This document shows positions 62,661 to 64,000 of a stretch of 64,000 bases of DNA, one piece after another. This stretch comes from Octopus bimaculoides. Lineage: Eukaryota. The DNA is taken from assembly GCF_001194135.2 (NCBI RefSeq), contig NC_068989.1:73891001-73955000 (forward strand), given 5' to 3'. A program made the position numbers and the translations under genes. Positions within the stretch are counted from its first letter, which is position 1; each line of letters starts with the position of its first letter. The notes beneath the pieces are model-generated. The model was not told the DNA's origin. It worked only from the letters and a program-made list of their open reading frames with translations, and ran no database searches.

Positions 62661-63339
62661 ATATACACACATACATACATACATAATACATACACACACA
62701 CACACACACACACATATGTATANNNNNNNNNNNNNNNNNNNNNNNNNNNNNNNNNNNNNNNNNNNNNNNNNNNNNNNNNNNNNNNNNNNNNNNNNNNNNN
62801 NNNNNNNNNNNNNNNNNNNNNNNNNNNNNNNNNNNNNNNNNNNNNNNNNNNNNNNNNNNNNNNNNNNNNNNNNNNNNNNNNNNNNNNNNNNNNNNNNNNN
62901 NNNNNNNNNNNNNNNNNNNNNNNNNNNNNNNNNNNNNNNNNNNNNNNNNNNNNNNNNNNNNNNNNNNNNNNNNNNNNNNNNNNNNNNNNNNNNNNNNNNN
63001 NNNNNNNNNNNNNNNNNNNNNTGTATGTATGTATGTATGTATGTATGTATGTATACGTGTGTATGTGAGTGTGACAGAGTGCGCGTGTGTGAGTGAACGT
63101 TTATACAGACAGCATACGCAGAATCACCCGAACATTCATGTGTATGCATGTGTATACATGTGTGCACTCACATATCGAAACACATGGTGAGTCTATGTGA
63201 GTATCTGAGTGTAAGTCTGTGCCTGTGTTTGTGCGAGTGCGTGTATATGTGTGTGTGTTTATAGTTGTCTCTATGCACCTGTTTATGTAAGCGCACATAT
63301 TTGCATACCTGTGCTCGTGCGAGTACCTAAGACTAGCAG

Positions 63340-63615
63340 TCCGTCAGTTAGAACGACGAGGGTTCCAGTTGATCCGATCAACGGAACAACATCCTGCTCG
63401 TGAAATTAACGGGTAAGTTGCTGAGCCCTCCGCAGACACGCGTACCTTCAATGTAGTTCGCAGGAACTTACAGCGTGACACAGAATGTGAGAAGGCTGGC
63501 CTTTCCAAATACTCATTTTTGACAGCTGAGTTGACTGAAGCAACGCGCCGGCAGAAATCGAACTCATGACCTTACGATTGTGAGCCGAATAACCTACCCA
63601 TTAAGCCACGTGCCT
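63340..63615 (-). mobile_element. Related SINE: tRNA head, CORE-like block and family C 3' domain
   Basis: Minus strand: gtggcttaatgggtagg...gagttcgattt, then gttgcttcagtcaactcagctgtcaaaaatgagta, then ttaatttcacgagcagg...gttccgttgatcggatcaactggaaccctcg. Confidence 0.75.
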
Positions 63616-64000
63616 TATTTACACGAGCAAGTAGCTAATATAAATACGCCAACTGCATTCATGTGTCTGCCAGTCTGTCTGTCTATACGGCAGTGATATT
63701 ACGGAGCTCTTCACAGACGCTTTCGTACACATTACATTCACATATAAACACAGACAGACGGACACAATTATATTATATGTCCTTGAAAACAGAAGAAATG
63801 TCACAACTTCCCATTTCCTTTCCACACCAATTCCAAAGCGTGATATACATGTGTGTGCGTGTGTGTGTATGTGTGTGTATGTGTGTGTGTGCGGACGCAT
63901 ACAGATATACATACACACACATACATACATGTATATANNNNNNNNNNATGTATGTATGTATGTATGTATGTATGTATGTATGTATACGTGTGTATGTGAG

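Larger units (their letters stand above)
759..63947. other. About 15 assembly gaps (largest ~24664-25414, 35315-36025, 59617-60253, 46126-46730, 12841-13400, 20193-20748)
   Basis: Runs of N, mostly bordered by (AT)n/(GT)n/(ACC)n, as expected for short-read contig breaks. Confidence 0.99.

Noticed and set aside
580-63930. Dozens of ORF-track entries rich in YI/CV/HT/MYVC/YLSI repeats or X runs
   Set aside because: They are translations of di- and tetranucleotide microsatellites and N gaps, not genes.
1-64000. CRISPR array or prokaryotic-type operon
   Set aside because: No regularly spaced 25-45 bp repeats with unique spacers; the sequence is eukaryotic repeat-rich DNA.
63022-64000. The same (TATG)n-tatacgtgtgtatgtgag sequence after the gaps ending at ~63021 and ~63947
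   Set aside because: Probably a scaffolding or haplotype duplication; mostly microsatellite and cut off by the window end.

Overview
AT-rich, repeat-dense eukaryotic DNA from a gapped draft scaffold (about 15 N-gaps, mostly next to (AT)n/(GT)n microsatellites). The SINE, LINE and mariner families resemble those of Octopus (coleoid cephalopod); this is inferred from recalled repeat sequences, not from a search. No complete gene, rRNA, intact tRNA or CRISPR array is present, and almost all ORFs in the track are microsatellite or gap artefacts. Supported content: three tRNA-derived SINE families (about 30 copies, several with 11-17 bp target-site duplications), decayed RTE, CR1 and Penelope-like retroelement coding fragments, mariner/Tigger/Helentron-type DNA-transposon remnants, and a three-copy ~430 bp tandem array. 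The best host-gene signal is a minus-strand exon at ~6.25-5.92 kb with a branch point, a splice acceptor and a duplicated 25-codon module whose differences are enriched for silent changes. The most unusual structures are crossed inverted repeats (A-B-A'-B') at 24.0-24.5 kb, a tandem-plus-foldback element at 33.5-34.2 kb, and a perfect 57-bp hairpin inside a 16-bp direct repeat at 10.5-10.8 kb. All could form long dsRNA if transcribed.
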